A stretch of 63,808 nucleotides of DNA, counting the filler, from Octopus bimaculoides (taxonomy: Eukaryota), in the NCBI RefSeq assembly GCF_001194135.2. It is 3 parts of 2 records of this genome, joined end to end, with 100 filler letters (N's around TTAATTAATTAA, not from the genome) between each part and the next. Parts side by side here need not be neighbours in the genome. Positions count along the whole stretch, not along the records: positions 1 to 31,772 come from NC_068981.1; 2 more parts are not named here. One strand, 5' to 3'. Under the pieces are notes generated by a model, which worked only from the letters and a program-made list of their open reading frames with translations, made no database searches and had not been told where the DNA came from. Positions 1 through 13,563 of the stretch are shown piece by piece. The position numbers and the translations under genes were made by a program. Position 1 is the stretch's first letter. Each line of letters starts with the position of its first letter.

Positions 1-52
1 AGTGAGTACTTAGATGGGTGACCGCTTGGGAAACCTAGGTGCTGTAAGCATC
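1..52 (+). rRNA. 3' half of a 5S rRNA sequence, cut by the window edge; probably the head of a 5S-derived SINE or a pseudogene
   Basis: AGTGAGTACTTAGATGGGTGACCGCTTGGGAAACCTAGGTGCTGTAAGCAT matches the conserved metazoan 5S 3' half (box C, helices IV/V/I). No run of 4 or more T follows. Confidence 0.85.
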
Positions 53-61
53 GCACACTTT

Positions 62-117
62 CCACGGTGGTGCATCAGCATGGCCGCAGCTCTAAGCTGA
101 AACTATAAAAAAAAAGG
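62..117 (+). mobile_element. SINE 3' tail plus A-tract attached to the 5S sequence
   Basis: GGTGGTGCATCAGCATGGCCGCAGCTCTAAGCTGAAAC resembles the SINE-A tail (reverse complement of about 5120-5160: GGTGGTACCCCAGCATGGTCGCAGTCTAATGAATGAAAC). Confidence 0.7.
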
Positions 118-308
118 AAAAAATACACATGGTGCGGAGGGTTTTCTCCGCTGTCAATACAAAGTGACCATGTACTTTTTGTGGCTTAGGAGTCCACGAC
201 TCCTATTTCTAGCAATACTAGTATTCATTGCATCCTTGTGACTCTTAGTGTCGGTGAATTGTTTACTTGCTGGTTTTAAATTGCTGCTAGCTACCTTAAT
301 TATATATC

Positions 309-1027
309 TCAAAATAAGCAACAAGGATATCCAAAGGTAATGCAATACGATCGTTTCATGTGACTCCATTTAATCGAGCAATGTAAAAATTACATCAAAT
401 ATAAAATGTAGAGCAATCTTCAGCTGCACAAAGATGTAGAAATTTAATGAAATTACATTCGAACAGAAGGTCATATTTTTATATTTAAATGCTATATTAT
501 CATACTTCCCCTGTTTCATTATAAACTGGTCTACTAGTAGAGAACCGCCCCCCCCCCTTTATAGTTTGTCACCAAACCCTAAGAAAGTTTATAACTATAT
601 CACCCATGTTTACTGTCTATAGTGTTTACCCTTTACACTAAAAAGAAAATGACATTGTCCTCTTAAGCTTTGAATCTCTAGGTCTGATAAGATAGTCCAT
701 AAATCAGAACCAAAAAAAAAAAATAAATAAAATAAAATCATTGACAGTTGAAATCTGCTTAGAATTATTATTATTTACTAGCCTGTATGGTCTGGCTAAG
801 TCAAAATGCTTTTTTGTATTCTTCCTTTCTACTTGGAGAGTTTAGATTTAATTATAAAAATATGACCTTCTGTTCAAATGTAATTTCATTAAATTTATAT
901 ATCTTTGTGCAGCTGAAGAATGCTCTACATTTTATATTTGATGTAATATTTACATTGCTTAATTAAATGGAGTCGCATGAAACCTTCGCACTGCATTACT
1001 TTTGGATATCCTTGTTGCTTATTTTGA
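309..1027. mobile_element. Long inverted-repeat element (MITE or foldback-like), arms about 180 bp
   Basis: About 309-490 is the reverse complement of about 848-1027 with scattered mismatches; spacer about 360 bp; no coding remnant. Confidence 0.75.
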
Positions 1028-1135
1028 TTTTAATCACCTTATTTTGAAACTGTATGGATAATACCATACTAAATTCTGGTGCCTAAACTTAAGCACCATA
1101 TTCACCTGAATCTATCTATCTATCTATCTATATAA

Positions 1136-2134
1136 ATTATAATAAGGGCTTTAATAATTACAACACCAGTCCGTTAGAAATAGACCCCAAATGGTCTATG
1201 AACCACTTAGATTATTACTCCACTACACAAGGTTGTAAGCGAGGAAGATAGACAGCGAGGATTTATGAAATAATTTGGATAGTACCATAACTATAGATTT
1301 CACAGTTTGAGTTACTAAAAACGCTTTCCGATCATCAGTGGCAACATAGCGAACGTACTTGAAAAATACATTATGCATACCGCCATGAGCGGAAATAATG
1401 TAGATACATTTCGCACGTATTCACGAATTAAAATCCAAGCGCATATTTCAACCATGTACTTATTTACTCAGAATAGTTCTGCAGCAAATATGTTATAGGA
1501 GTGAAATAATATATATATCAAAACACAATTGGAATAAAGTTATTATTTAGTGATTTATCAGTGGTCTGCATACAAAAATAACCATAATGGTTAATTAATA
1601 TTAAAATTATAATAAGGGTGTTAAATGATTACAACACCAGTCTGCTAGGAATAAACCCCAAATGGTCTATGAAGCACTACACAAAGTTGTAACATATTTT
1701 CTGCTGAACTTTTCTGAGTAAATAAGCACATGGTTGAAATATGCGCTTGGATTTCAATTCATGAATACGTGCGAAATGCATATAAATTATTTGCGCTTAT
1801 GGCGGTATGCATAATGTATTTTTAATTTATTTACGTTCAGTATGTTGCCACTGAAAATCGGAAAGGGTTTTTAATAACTCAAACTGTGAAATCTATAGAT
1901 GTGGCATTATCCAAATTATGTTATAAATTTTCACTGTCTAATTTCCTCGCTTGCAACCTTGTGTAGTGAAGTAATAATCTAAGTGGTTCATAGACCATTT
2001 GTGGGTCTATTTCTAGCAGACTGGTGCTGTAATCATTCAACACCCTTATTATAATTTTAATATAAATTAACCATTATGGTAATTTTAGTATGGTGGCCAC
2101 TGATAGATCATTAAATAATGACCTTATCCTAATT
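1136..2134. mobile_element. MITE-like element (about 1527-2134, arms about 165 bp) preceded by a truncated inverted copy (about 1136-1497)
   Basis: 1527-1692 pairs with about 1955-2134, and 1136-1497 pairs with about 1690-2055. Confidence 0.75.
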
Positions 2135-2175
2135 ACTTATATGTATATATGTGTGTGTGTGTGCGTGCATATATG

Positions 2176-2215
<40 letters not shown>

Positions 2216-2762
2216 CGTGTATATATATATATATGTATGTATGTAATGTAAGGTCTTGGTAGGATACAAAGATAGAGTATTTTCAATGAAGCACTCAGCT
2301 CGAATTATGGAATATCAATCAATCTATCTATCTATGTACATATGTACGTCAACGCAATCGCACTTAGTAACATTTAGTCACATGAAGGCACTTTGTTGTT
2401 TCTGTCGTACGCCGTCACATATTAATGCCCATGCATATCAAAGTATTGATTTAATGTTATTATGAGTATTAATATTTTGTTGTCATTTTGTGTTTCAAGG
2501 GAATATGCAACTCAATATTATTTTGCTGCTGTTTACTTGATCAACGCGGGATTTGTTCATCATTCATCGCTGGAATCTTAAGAGATGTCTACAGATTTTC
2601 AGAGAGACTGTTGTGTTGTCAGCTGGCAAATTTACATCCAGGGCTACAAATATGACAAAGCATCGGCAACAGAACAGTGAACGGAGATGAAACGAATTTT
2701 GCCCATCATATAATATATGAAATGATGAAAAGATTGGAGTAATTATGCACACACATACGCAG

Positions 2763-2821
<59 letters not shown>

Positions 2822-3409
2822 CACTCACATACACAGAGAGTGAGTGAGGGAGAAAGAGGAAGACAGAGAGTGAGTGTGAGAGAGAGGAAGACAGAGAGAG
2901 GGAGAGGAAGACAGACAGTGAGTGAGGGAGGGAGAGAGAGGAAAACAGAGTGTAAGTGAGAGAGAGAAACCCACTCACGCTCACACTTATAGACACATTA
3001 AAAGCATTTAATTTAATCGTTTTTATTTTGTTTTTCTTCGTATCTGTGCACCAAAACATTGTAGCTTGTTTAGAACAGCAAAGTCCCATAATTCTCGTTT
3101 ATCGACCTTTCCAGGTTATCTCAACCCCTTCTTTAGGATACTGAGTGGTGTTGGTTTCTGTACTACTCCGTTTTATAGAGTGTGTCATTTGTTTATACCG
3201 AGTTTACAGCAAGACTTTTGCTTATGTAGATTGTACTATCAGAATTTGACCCGCTAGAACATTAGAATTCTACATCATAAAACTTTAATGGACAGAATAC
3301 GAATCTGGCAATGTGGAACTCTATCGCTCTAACAGCTACATTCGGCGGTAAATCTGCTTAGGCAAGGTTCTAATTTTTAATTATGCGTTAAGTAGACCCA
3401 CCCATTATA

Positions 3410-3612
3410 CAGGGTGTCCACAAAGTCTGGGTACATGGAGTAAATAAAATCAAAACATAAACAATTAAATGTAAGACTTCTTTTTCTTGAGTATGTTGAA
3501 AGAGAAAGCTTACTCAATAAAGATTACAGATTTATTTATTAACATTATAATTAAATAAAATTGTTTTGCTTTAAAAGCATGTGCTAAGCCCCGTGTACCC
3601 AGACTTTGTGGA
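3410..3612. mobile_element. Tc1/mariner-type MITE with truncated right TIR
   Basis: TA|CAGGGTGTCCACAAAGTCTGGGTACA at 3410; inverted TGTACCCAGACTTTGTGGA at 3594-3612. Confidence 0.7.
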
Positions 3613-3943
3613 AAGGAAAAGAAGGGTGGTCGTCAGAATTCCGTATCTGAAGATGAGGCTGCGATAGCTTGAAAACGTTGTTAAAAATAAATTTGGGAAG
3701 TTTATTGTCTCCAACAAATAAAAAAAAGTCGGATTCGAGTATACGAGCAAAATTACGCAAAATCTGTGGAACATAATTATGTTATCAGTATAACAATATA
3801 CCATGTCTAAAAAAGTAACCCCCCACATACATATATACACATGCACATATATTCATATATACATCCATCCTAAATACTTACACACGCACACATACATATT
3901 TGCATGTATTTAGCATGGATGTACATGTATTTGCATACATAAG

Positions 3944-4075
3944 TGCAGGTGTGGCGATGTGGTAAGTAGCTTGCTTCCCAACCACACGATTCCGGGTTCA
4001 ATCCAACTGCGTGGCAACTTGGTCAAATGTTTTCTACTATAGCCTCGGGCTGATCAAAGCCTTGTGTGTGAATTT
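3944..4075 (+). mobile_element. SINE-A head (tRNA-derived)
   Basis: A-box-like GTGGCGATGTGGT and B-box-like GGGTTCAATCC, followed by the body shared with other SINE-A copies. Confidence 0.8.
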
Positions 4076-4115
4076 GATATATATATATATATATATACAT
4101 ACATATATATAGATA

Positions 4116-4327
4116 CAGGGTGATTAAAAAGAAACTCCATATTTTAAGATACTTATAAATTATTTACTAATTGTAATTTTTACAAAAAATAAGGATACGA
4201 GAGGCAACATTTTAGCATGAAGTTCTATTTAAAATTCAAAAATCAAAAAAAAAAATGAGAAAAAATTATATATAATTTATAAGCATTTTATGATAGGGAG
4301 TTACTTCTCAATCACCCAATCACCCCG
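4116..4327. mobile_element. Tc1/mariner-type MITE
   Basis: TA|CAGGGTGATTAAAAAGAAACTCC ... GGAGTTACTTCTCAATCACCC(AATCACCCCG)|TA; imperfect TIRs and TA flanks. Confidence 0.65.
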
Positions 4328-4500
4328 TATACACACACACACACACACACACACACATATGTATGTATACGAATGTATGTATGTATGCTGACGCATTGTC
4401 TTCAAGGATTTAGTCCATCATATAGATCTTACAATCTAATTCGACTGGTGCGCATTCAATGAAAATGTCTTTGTTAAACTGCTAATGTAAGGGATATGAA

Positions 4501-4544
<44 letters not shown>

Positions 4545-4589
4545 CATACAGGCGATATTTACGCTGGGATTATATTAGTCGTTGGATGA

Positions 4590-4690
4590 AGGCAAAAGTG
4601 TTGCACTCACGATCGCGATATCGTAGCTTGAATTCCTGGGCCGCGTGGAGTATTGTGTTCTTGAGCAAAACACTTCATCTCACCTTGACA
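4590..4690 (+). mobile_element. Degenerate tRNA-derived SINE head of another family
   Basis: B-box-like GCTTGAATTCC followed by the SINE-typical TGTGTTCTTGAGCAAAACACTT. Confidence 0.45.
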
Positions 4691-5100
4691 TCGTACACCG
4701 TGTACCTGTTCAGGCAGCGTCATTTTGATGGATAGAGTGAGCTAATGTACAATGTACAAAGATTTGATCACAATAAACATATCATTTCTGCAAGATGTTC
4801 AGCAAGAAATTGCAGAACCGTTTTTCTCGGACTGCGAGAGACCGCTATCGTATTAGTTATAAATTAAAAAAAATTACTCCAAGTTTTAAGTTCACCAATT
4901 TCCTTTTACATTATAAAATTTATATATTGTTGCAGATGGCTTATTCTTTGGTTGTCTTCAGATGCATTATTCACGCACAACAAATAACATAATCATTGCA
5001 ACTACGTAAATTCAAATACGCGGAAATATACTAGCATATATTTACGTAAATTTAAACAAACTTATATACGTACGTTCACATTTGCGTACATCTTTTTCTT

Positions 5101-5460
5101 TTATCTTTATTGTTTATTCGTTTCATTCATTAGACTGCGACCATGCTGGGGTACCACCTTGAAGAACTGTAGTCGAACAATCGACCCCTAGAACTTATTA
5201 TTTAAAAAAATTCTATCGGTATTTTTCCGAACCGTTAAGTTATAATTACACCGACACCGGTTGTCAAGCGGTGATGGGAGACGTACATGAATACACACAC
5301 AAACACACACACACACGACAGGTGTCTTTCTATTTCCGTCTACCAAATCTACTCACAAGCTTTTGATCGGCCCGAGAATATAGTAGAAGATACCAGTCCA
5401 ATGTGCCATGCAGTGGGACTGAACCCGGAACTATGTGGTTGGAAAGCAAACTTCTAACCA
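5101..5460 (-). mobile_element. SINE-A, near full length, with internal (CA)n
   Basis: Head, microsatellite and tail are homologous to the copies at 11855, 12715, 23915 and 30110. Confidence 0.85.
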
Positions 5461-8400
5461 AGACAATATTCACGTAAGATCGAGAAAAATGCAAACTTGT
5501 AAGTAGTGTAGTACACTCCAAGACAATTGGAAATATATAGACAAAATCTTAGATCAAATGTAAAGGAAATGACTCGATACTGGGAATCAAGCATCAAATA
5601 GTCAAAAATAAATTATTTTCCTTTTCGATGCCAAATATACTAAATCCACACTTTCTTCTTTTAAATAAAAAAGGTCATTATTTTTTCACTTAGTCTGTCA
5701 AGTTATGAAAAGACTAACTCTAAGACGCCATTATGTTTGAAATAGGTTTTCATTGAATGTCATGCCAGTTAATGACACAAGAATCATATTGAATGATTAG
5801 CGGACATATGAATTTATTTTCTGCGGACATTCTCATTTATATTTCTTCTATCCTATTATTCATTTTTCTTATACATTATACAGTTTATACATTCCATTAT
5901 TGTCTATGTAGTATATAATCGATCTTTTTTCAATTACTCTAGAGAAAATGCTATAATAATGAGAAAATAAATTGGTCGGTAATACGTATTAATGTTTGAT
6001 TCTCAAATGATAAGATAGCCACCTCAAGAGAACATTTCCCAACGCGTTTATATTGATTTTTTTCGTATTTCGTCATAGTTTGTTATGATTGTCGTTGCTT
6101 CTATTGGTGATTTTGTGAGTTACTGTGTTATTGCTTTTGTTGTAGAACAATGTTGCCATCGTTTTTCGTTATAGCAACCGTTAAATTATTCAATATATTT
6201 CAAAATCATGTCAAGAAATCTAAGTCTGTTGGAGAAAGTTTGAAGCCTACATCTATCAACGACTTAACTATCAAAATATGCACATAGTTGTTCTTTGTGC
6301 GTGTCGTCGTCTGTTCGCTTGCGAATATATGAAAGAGAAAGAGAGAGGGAGAGAGAGAGCTTGAGAAGGTGAGAGAGAGAAGAAAGGGAGAGTGAAAAGA
6401 GAATCAATAAGGACATTTGGTGAATGTAGACATATCATCATATACATAGATTACTTAGTCATTACGGGAAACCTGTATACAATATGAAAATTATGCATGG
6501 AAACTAAATGCATCTAATAGTATCCGACATTGATGCTATACAACAGTACCACAATCACTCGAACTAGCGTATCGTTTCAGTCAACTGAGATTTGAAAATA
6601 GCTTGAATATAATTATCATGACTGTATCCGAGAAATGAGGATTTGTGCAGAGATATCAACAAAATTCCTCAAATTACGAAGAGTTAAATAAATGTAGGTT
6701 GTAGAGAATAAAATACAGAACAAGAGCCATTTATTAAAATTGAAAAGAAGGAAAACTTGGCTTCAATCAAGTAAAGTCATATTTTAAATTAAAGCATAAA
6801 GAAAATTCTTGTGGAGAATCTTTGTGTCCCTTAACTTTCGCCTTTCTATCAACAAAGATTTTAAGTACGAAGAGAAAATAGAACCTTCGTTGGAGAATAT
6901 AATGCTTACTTGATATGTTAGAAGAAGCAGTGGTATCCTACCCAAACTTGCTTCATCCATTTTCAAAAAGAAATAACAGTGTATACTGTAGTTCTAGATA
7001 CACTATTTAACATTAAGCTTCATAGGTCTGCTTTATTTTAGGTCTGTTTTAAAGCCAGACAACAGCAACAATGACAACAACAACAAAAACAACAGCAAAA
7101 CAGTAGCAGTGATAACGAAGATGATATCGACATCGACGACGGCGTTGTATAAACTAATTATCGGTGATTATCTGGTGATCATCGGATCGACTACATCGGA
7201 GTGGGAGTGGGGGCTGTAGTTTTCTCTCAAACGAGAACTGAATAAGTAAATAAATATGAAGGAAACTATATAACAGTGTACAGTAACAAGAAAAATTAAG
7301 TATAGAAGAAAATGTAATTAGTTTTCAAATATGTACAGGTAGCTTTTCTATTTGTCCAAATAGGTTTATGTAAGATATGTAAATAACATTATGTCAAAAA
7401 CCTCAAGCAATATTGCATTAACACATATAAATTTATTAAGGTAACTGGAATATGAGTAGTTATAGAGAATAAAGTGTAATTTCGACTATAATTTTGTTAC
7501 GATAAACATTGCACAATATTAATTTTTTTTGTGGTAAACAGCAATCATTGAAAACATTTCTTGGCTAAAATATACTGAATTTCTTATGTATGTTCTAATA
7601 CACAACACAAAGAAAATGGTGGTAAACTATCAAAAACAGCATAAAATATATCAATTTCAATCTTCTACATTCTTGTTTCAAATCCTGCTCGGGTAAGTTT
7701 TGTGTTTCATCTTCTTGATGTTGATGGAATAAGAGTCTATGATATACAGGTGATTATTTAATTGGCTCTACGCCCAGCTCTTTAAACTTTCTTCATATTC
7801 TAAACGAAAAAAAAAATGCCATGCGTATATAAAAGGGTACTGTTGTGAAGAAATCATCTTCTAAAGATTTACAATTTACTCCAGTTTCACTCGTCTAACT
7901 GCGTTTCCGTTGCCTATATCACTGAAACAAATACGCATCTTCTCTTTGATGTTTCAAAGAGCAATAACAATGTCCAGATCATGAAAGATTTGTATTAGAG
8001 TAAAGAAGAATGTTAATGAGTTTTATGTCGTTGCAGTTTCGTAAGGAGAAAAATTGTTCATAGGCTATTCAAAGATCAGCAAGTTTTCCACTAACCTACA
8101 CTCTATAAACACCCGCTTATTAAACTATTTATGAACTATGTGTCTCCTTTACCATTATAGAAATGATTTATGTGTCAATGCACATAACTCAACACCATCT
8201 ATGCAGCTGTTAATTTTTGTTGCTGCTTTCGATACAGTTTATCACTCCAATCGAGTGTTGTCTTTGTCAGTACTTTTCATTCTCTATTTAATCTCATTTG
8301 TACGTTCATCTCCAGGCATGTCTCCTCAAGAGCATCTCTTCCAGCGTTCGTTAGAGTTCATTCGGCTGGTCTGGTACCTCTCATATAAGCTGAAGCATGT

Positions 8401-11400
8401 TCCATAAGACGATCAAGTGATCCGAGATATTTAAACGGAATCTTTTTCCATTCTGTCTTCGAATTTCTTCGATGAATCCATCCTGTCAACGATGGGGTCT
8501 CAACGCCAGTCTTTTTCAATTGTTTTGACTTTATGGCGCACTGAAGATTATATATAAAAGCTTATTGTTGCAATGTTTTAAAGTTAAACAGTTTGAACAA
8601 AATATTGCGAGCTGTTGTTTACTTTATTATAGTGACCATATTTCTGCACTTATACGTTTTTTAGACAGCCTAGAATAAATAAAGATTTGCTAGACCAGTA
8701 AATTATATTTTTAGAATCTAAAGTACATCTAGATATCTTTTATGACACTCAGAATACACTGCGGTATACTGTATGATTTAACCGTCACTGGACGTGATTA
8801 CAGCGAAATAATCTTTAAACCATGCCCTTCATATAAAAAAGAAAAACACAATACCTAATGTATTCTTAAATACCATATATTTTAAGAAAGAAAAAAAAGA
8901 GAAGATAGTTATGGACGGAAGACCAGTAAAGATAGGCCCGCTCGCGAATTATTTTGCCTTCAACCATTCTATTTAAAGGTCCAACCTGAATATTTATGCT
9001 GTTATACTTAAGTGTTGCTATCTTAGAGGCTGGGTGTGTTTGGTCTAGAAAGGTAACAATAGCTTGTTAGCACGAAGGAGAAGTAAGAGAAAAAATTAGA
9101 AGATAGAAATAAAAAGAAATGATGTTGGATTGTGGCAATATGAAACATCCAGTTAGATCAGAAGTTGTTATCGAATGGTTAACAGGAGATATGATTTCAA
9201 ATACATTTAAGGGCGGTTTAACCTATTCTTAAGCAATCAACGTTCGAGAAGATTATTTGAACAGTTTTGAGTTGACGTATTGACACTATGGAGGAACAAA
9301 AATCAATAAATACTTTTACTTAATGAAAATTGATAGTATGGTTGTTAAGAATCGGAAATTCTATATAATGTGAATACAGTATTTGATTTTTATCATACAC
9401 AAAACCGTTACAGTTTAGTGGAACAAGAAAATATATACCACGTTGTTAATACCTTTCACAAAATATATTATATTGGTTTAAGTGGACTAAAATTACTTCA
9501 ATTAGGAACTGAAATTATATCGCAATATCTGTATGTCCGGATATTTACCTTTTCTTCTTTAGAATTCAACCATTTAAAACCGAAGAGTATTATTTCTACT
9601 GCTTTTCAACACTACTTCTCAAACAAGGTAAATTTACTACTGTGCAACTACGTATTATATTTTATAACTTTGAACAATTTGATCGAAACAACCATCTCTT
9701 AAAGAATAACTGGTGTATAAAATTCATACATATTCTAAAAGATACGTCGAAAAAGTTTATTGCGAGAATTGAAACAATATCGATATCTTAGTTTGAAGGG
9801 ATTAACAACTTGGTGCAGGAAAATCTTGTCACGGTTCAGTTCACATGCTTTGCCCTGGGCTCTCGATAACTTGATGGAGTAATTGAGAGACCATTGTGCC
9901 ATATAACGTTTCTTAGGTTACTTTTTAGGTTTGGCGGAGCCCAGTCACCTCCTCGTCTAACCACAGCCTATTTCTTCAAGAAGAGAGATAAACAGAAAGT
10001 GAAATAAGCAAAAGAGCGGAACTGACTCCTGTAAAGGATTGGTATTTTATCTATCGACCTTGAGGACAAAGTTGACTTTGGTGGAATTAGAACTTTGAGC
10101 GTAGAGAGCCAGAACGGTAACTACAACTGTTCAATACTTTAACGACTCTGTCAGTTTAACTGTTCACAGTTAATATATTATTAAGAGCATCATCATCATC
10201 ATCATCATCAGAAGCAGCAGTAGTAGTAGCAGTAGTAGTAGTAGTAGTGCAACTTTATCAAGCCTTTTATTGTTTAAAAGTATCAAGCTTCTATGACAAT
10301 TGATGTTATTGAAATCAGAGTGTAAGGAGCTTCATCCGGAATTTCATCCTTTCCTTATTGACAACCCTACTACCATCTTCACTACTACTACCACTATTAT
10401 ATGATGTCAATTGAAATACTGTATAAAGAGAACTTAGTATTGAAAATGGAAGGAAAGGAACTATATAAAATCGACGTCTAAGTGACGGTTTAATTTGATC
10501 AAGAATGATATTAGCGAAACAGTTATAAGAAGAGTATTGATTTCATGTGACAAGACGCGTATACCTATATCTATTTTTAAGGAGAGGAAATAGATTTACT
10601 GATGTCTAGGCCTTTTCCTAAAGGTATTGGTAGTAAACATGAAGAGAATTGATTCCGATCGAGAATCTAAACAGATTTACAGAATCAGTGAACTTGCTGC
10701 AGTTGTCATTTTAGTTAACTGTAGAGTTGAGAACTGTATGCAATTTTGATTCATGATTTAACGCTATTATTATAATTGGCTAACATAGCAATTGAATTTA
10801 TTAAAGCCTAGAAGCATAAACAGTATCGCGTTTTCCATCCCCTAAAATTATAACGCCATTAAGCTTCGTTAAAAAGAAACGCTATATACATTGTATATAT
10901 AATATATTATATTACATATAAAATTATATCACTCACACACATACACAAATATATATGTACATGTATGATATATATATATATATATATATATATCTGAGTG
11001 TTTGTGCGTAGGCGTGCATATGCATCTATTCATACACATGCACATATATGAAATAACTACCCGTCTGCGTAAATCTGTTTGTATGCCTGCTTTTGTTTCT
11101 GTCTATACACACACATACATATGTATATATGTATATATATATAACAACAATGTGTATAACATTTGAGATGTACATACAAACGTAGAATGGTGCTAGCTGT
11201 AATAGTTTTCTTAAAGAAACTTCACTTAAGAGACTTTGTGTGTTAGAAACACGCAATAATCTCGGAATAAGACCAGCAGCATCAAACAAGGGGTGTTTTT
11301 ATCTGATTTGGTGTCCTCAGTGACAAACACTGAGCTAAGTGTAGGTATTTGTACATGTTAATATCTGACTAGCTCTCCAGTTGTCTGGGTGTGTGCAATT

Positions 11401-11854
11401 GGTTATATGTATAAGTAAACGCACTAAACACACACATTCATACACATGTACACACACACACCTTCATACACACGCAGACAAACACACACAACACATATAC
11501 ACACACACACACCTATTCTTTTATTTGTTTGAACTGAAGGAAGGTCTTTTCCTTGTGATTGGTGAGAATTATAATGTTAGTGTCCGCTCAGCCTACAGCA
11601 TGTCGTTGGTTGCAGGACAAATATGAGTTACGACTAGAAAGGAAGTATTAGATTTCATGGTTAATGTGAGGCATGAGAGGAGGCCGCATTGGGGAGACGG
11701 ATGAGTCAATTCTCTTTTCGAATTTGATAAGAAATGGCACATAGGCTACAATCTCTGAGGAGTAGATGCTACTGAAGTAGCAGTAGAGACGGCAGAGTAA
11801 GGACACAGCACCTTTGTGAACAAGGACTAGGGTTGTTTTATTTTTTTACTTTTA

Positions 11855-12199
11855 CTTGTTTCACTCATTTGACTGCGGACATGCTGGAGCACCATCTTTA
11901 GCCGAACAAATCGACTCCAGGACTTATTCTTTGTTAGCCTAGTACTTATTCAATCGTTCTCTTTTTCCGAACTGCTAATTTACGGGGACGTAAACACATC
12001 AACATCGGTTGTCAAGCGATGTTGGGGGGGGGGGGCAAACACACACATACACATACATGCACACATATATATATATATACGACGAGCTTCTTTCAGTTTC
12101 CGTCTACCAAATCCACTCACAAGGTTTTGGTCCATCCGAGGCCATAGTAGAAGACACTTACCCAAGGTGCCACGCATGTGGTTGGTAAGCAAGCTACTT
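11855..12199 (-). mobile_element. SINE-A lacking its first about 20 nt
   Basis: Homologous to the other copies; the head stops at AAGTAGCTTGC, where a Tx1-type tail is joined. Confidence 0.85.
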
Positions 12200-12705
12200 T
12201 ATTTCATAAAACTTTGCCACAAAGGCGTTACAGAGACGGGACAAACAAGAGCAGACAAACATAAAAATGGTGAAGTAGCTTTTACGAATGAATTGAAATT
12301 ATAATGAACATTTAAAAAAATTTATAAAAATAATGATAGACATTGTTTTACACAATGTGGTACCTGAGAGAAAGGCGTCAAACCACCAGCGTAGAACCTT
12401 TGCTTTTTTTCCGGGGCTCCACTTTCTTGGTACCAATGATTCCCTGCTTTCTTACTACAAGCTTCCATCTTTTTCCGAATCTCTCTCGCGACAGGTACCT
12501 CTTCTCCTGCCGAACAAGAAAAGAGGAGGCGCTGATACAATAGACAAGAACAATAAAGAAGAGAACTTCCATCCAGAACCATCTGTTCCACTTGTGGAAA
12601 AAACTTCCAACCAAGAATTGGACTCACCAGTTACCCCAGAATCCGTCAATAACTATGTAAAAAAAACAAAGATCATCGTCTTTGATCTCGAGGGAAACCC
12701 ACGAC
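12200..12705 (-). mobile_element. 5'-truncated Tx1-clade (L1 superfamily) element: ORF2 C-terminus, 3' UTR and tail
   Basis: Minus-strand LVRQEKRYLSRERFGKRWKLVVRK aligns with KLRVEREVLSTSEFIARWVKVAK (about 28110) and KVKAEREVLLPSNFIERWVNAAR (about 35100). Tail TTGTTTGTCCC...GCCTTTGTGGCAAA...GAAATA. Confidence 0.6.
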
Positions 12706-12714
12706 TATATTTAT

Positions 12715-13076
12715 ATATGTTCTTTTATTCTTTTACTTGTTCCAGTAATTTGACTGCGGCCATGTTGGAGCACCGCCTTAAAGGAATTTTTTTAGTCGAA
12801 ATCGATCCCAGGACTTATTTTTCTTATGCAGAGTACTTATTCTATCAGGCTTTTTTGCCGAACTGCTAAGTTACGGGGGACGTAAGCACACCAACACCGG
12901 TTGTAAAGGGTTGATGAGGATAAACACACACACACACACACACACACACATACGACAGGCTTCTCAGTTTCCGTCTACCAAATCTATTCACAAAACTTTG
13001 CTCAACCCGAGGTTATAGTAGAAGACAGTTGCTCAAGGTGTCACGCAGTGGGACTAAACCCGGAACCATGTGGTTG
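12715..13076 (-). mobile_element. SINE-A (head runs into an N gap)
   Basis: Homology to the other SINE-A copies. Confidence 0.85.
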
Positions 13077-13563
13077 NNNNNNNNNNATATATATATATAT
13101 ATACACCGAGGTCATTCCTTCTACTTCTACACCTCTGTTAGTTCATTAAGGTCTTTCTAATCTTTCAACTCCACTCTCACCTCATCTTTTCCCTTCACTT
13201 CACTCTCAATTTTATATGCTTCTTATCCCATTTCTCATTCCTTCTTCTTTCTCGCATTGTTTCTCCTACCACGTCTTGTTCACGTATGACTATCACGTTG
13301 TCCTGTGTTCTTTATCAACTGCAGCTCGTCATTTTATTTAGAGTATGGAAAACTTTTCAGGCCCTCATTTATTTCTCTCCCTCCAAATGTTCTCTGAAGG
13401 ACATTCGGAACGTCCGAAATGGTGGATTTTCCACACCTCACGGCAAGTTCACTGTACACGTTTTATCGATTTACATAACTCAAATCTTGCTATGGAAGAC
13501 CAACAGTAGCCTTTTCATGTTATACACATATGCATATATAGACACATATGTATTAGGGTATTA

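Noticed and set aside
12575-12652. Plus-strand peptide RTICSTCGKNFQPRIGLTSYPR resembling an RTE C-terminal zinc finger, and the overlapping 178-aa ORF 12333-12869
   Set aside because: The minus strand of 12200-12705 is explained coherently as a Tx1 3' end, both His ligands are missing, and the long ORF runs into a SINE. An HMM search would settle it.
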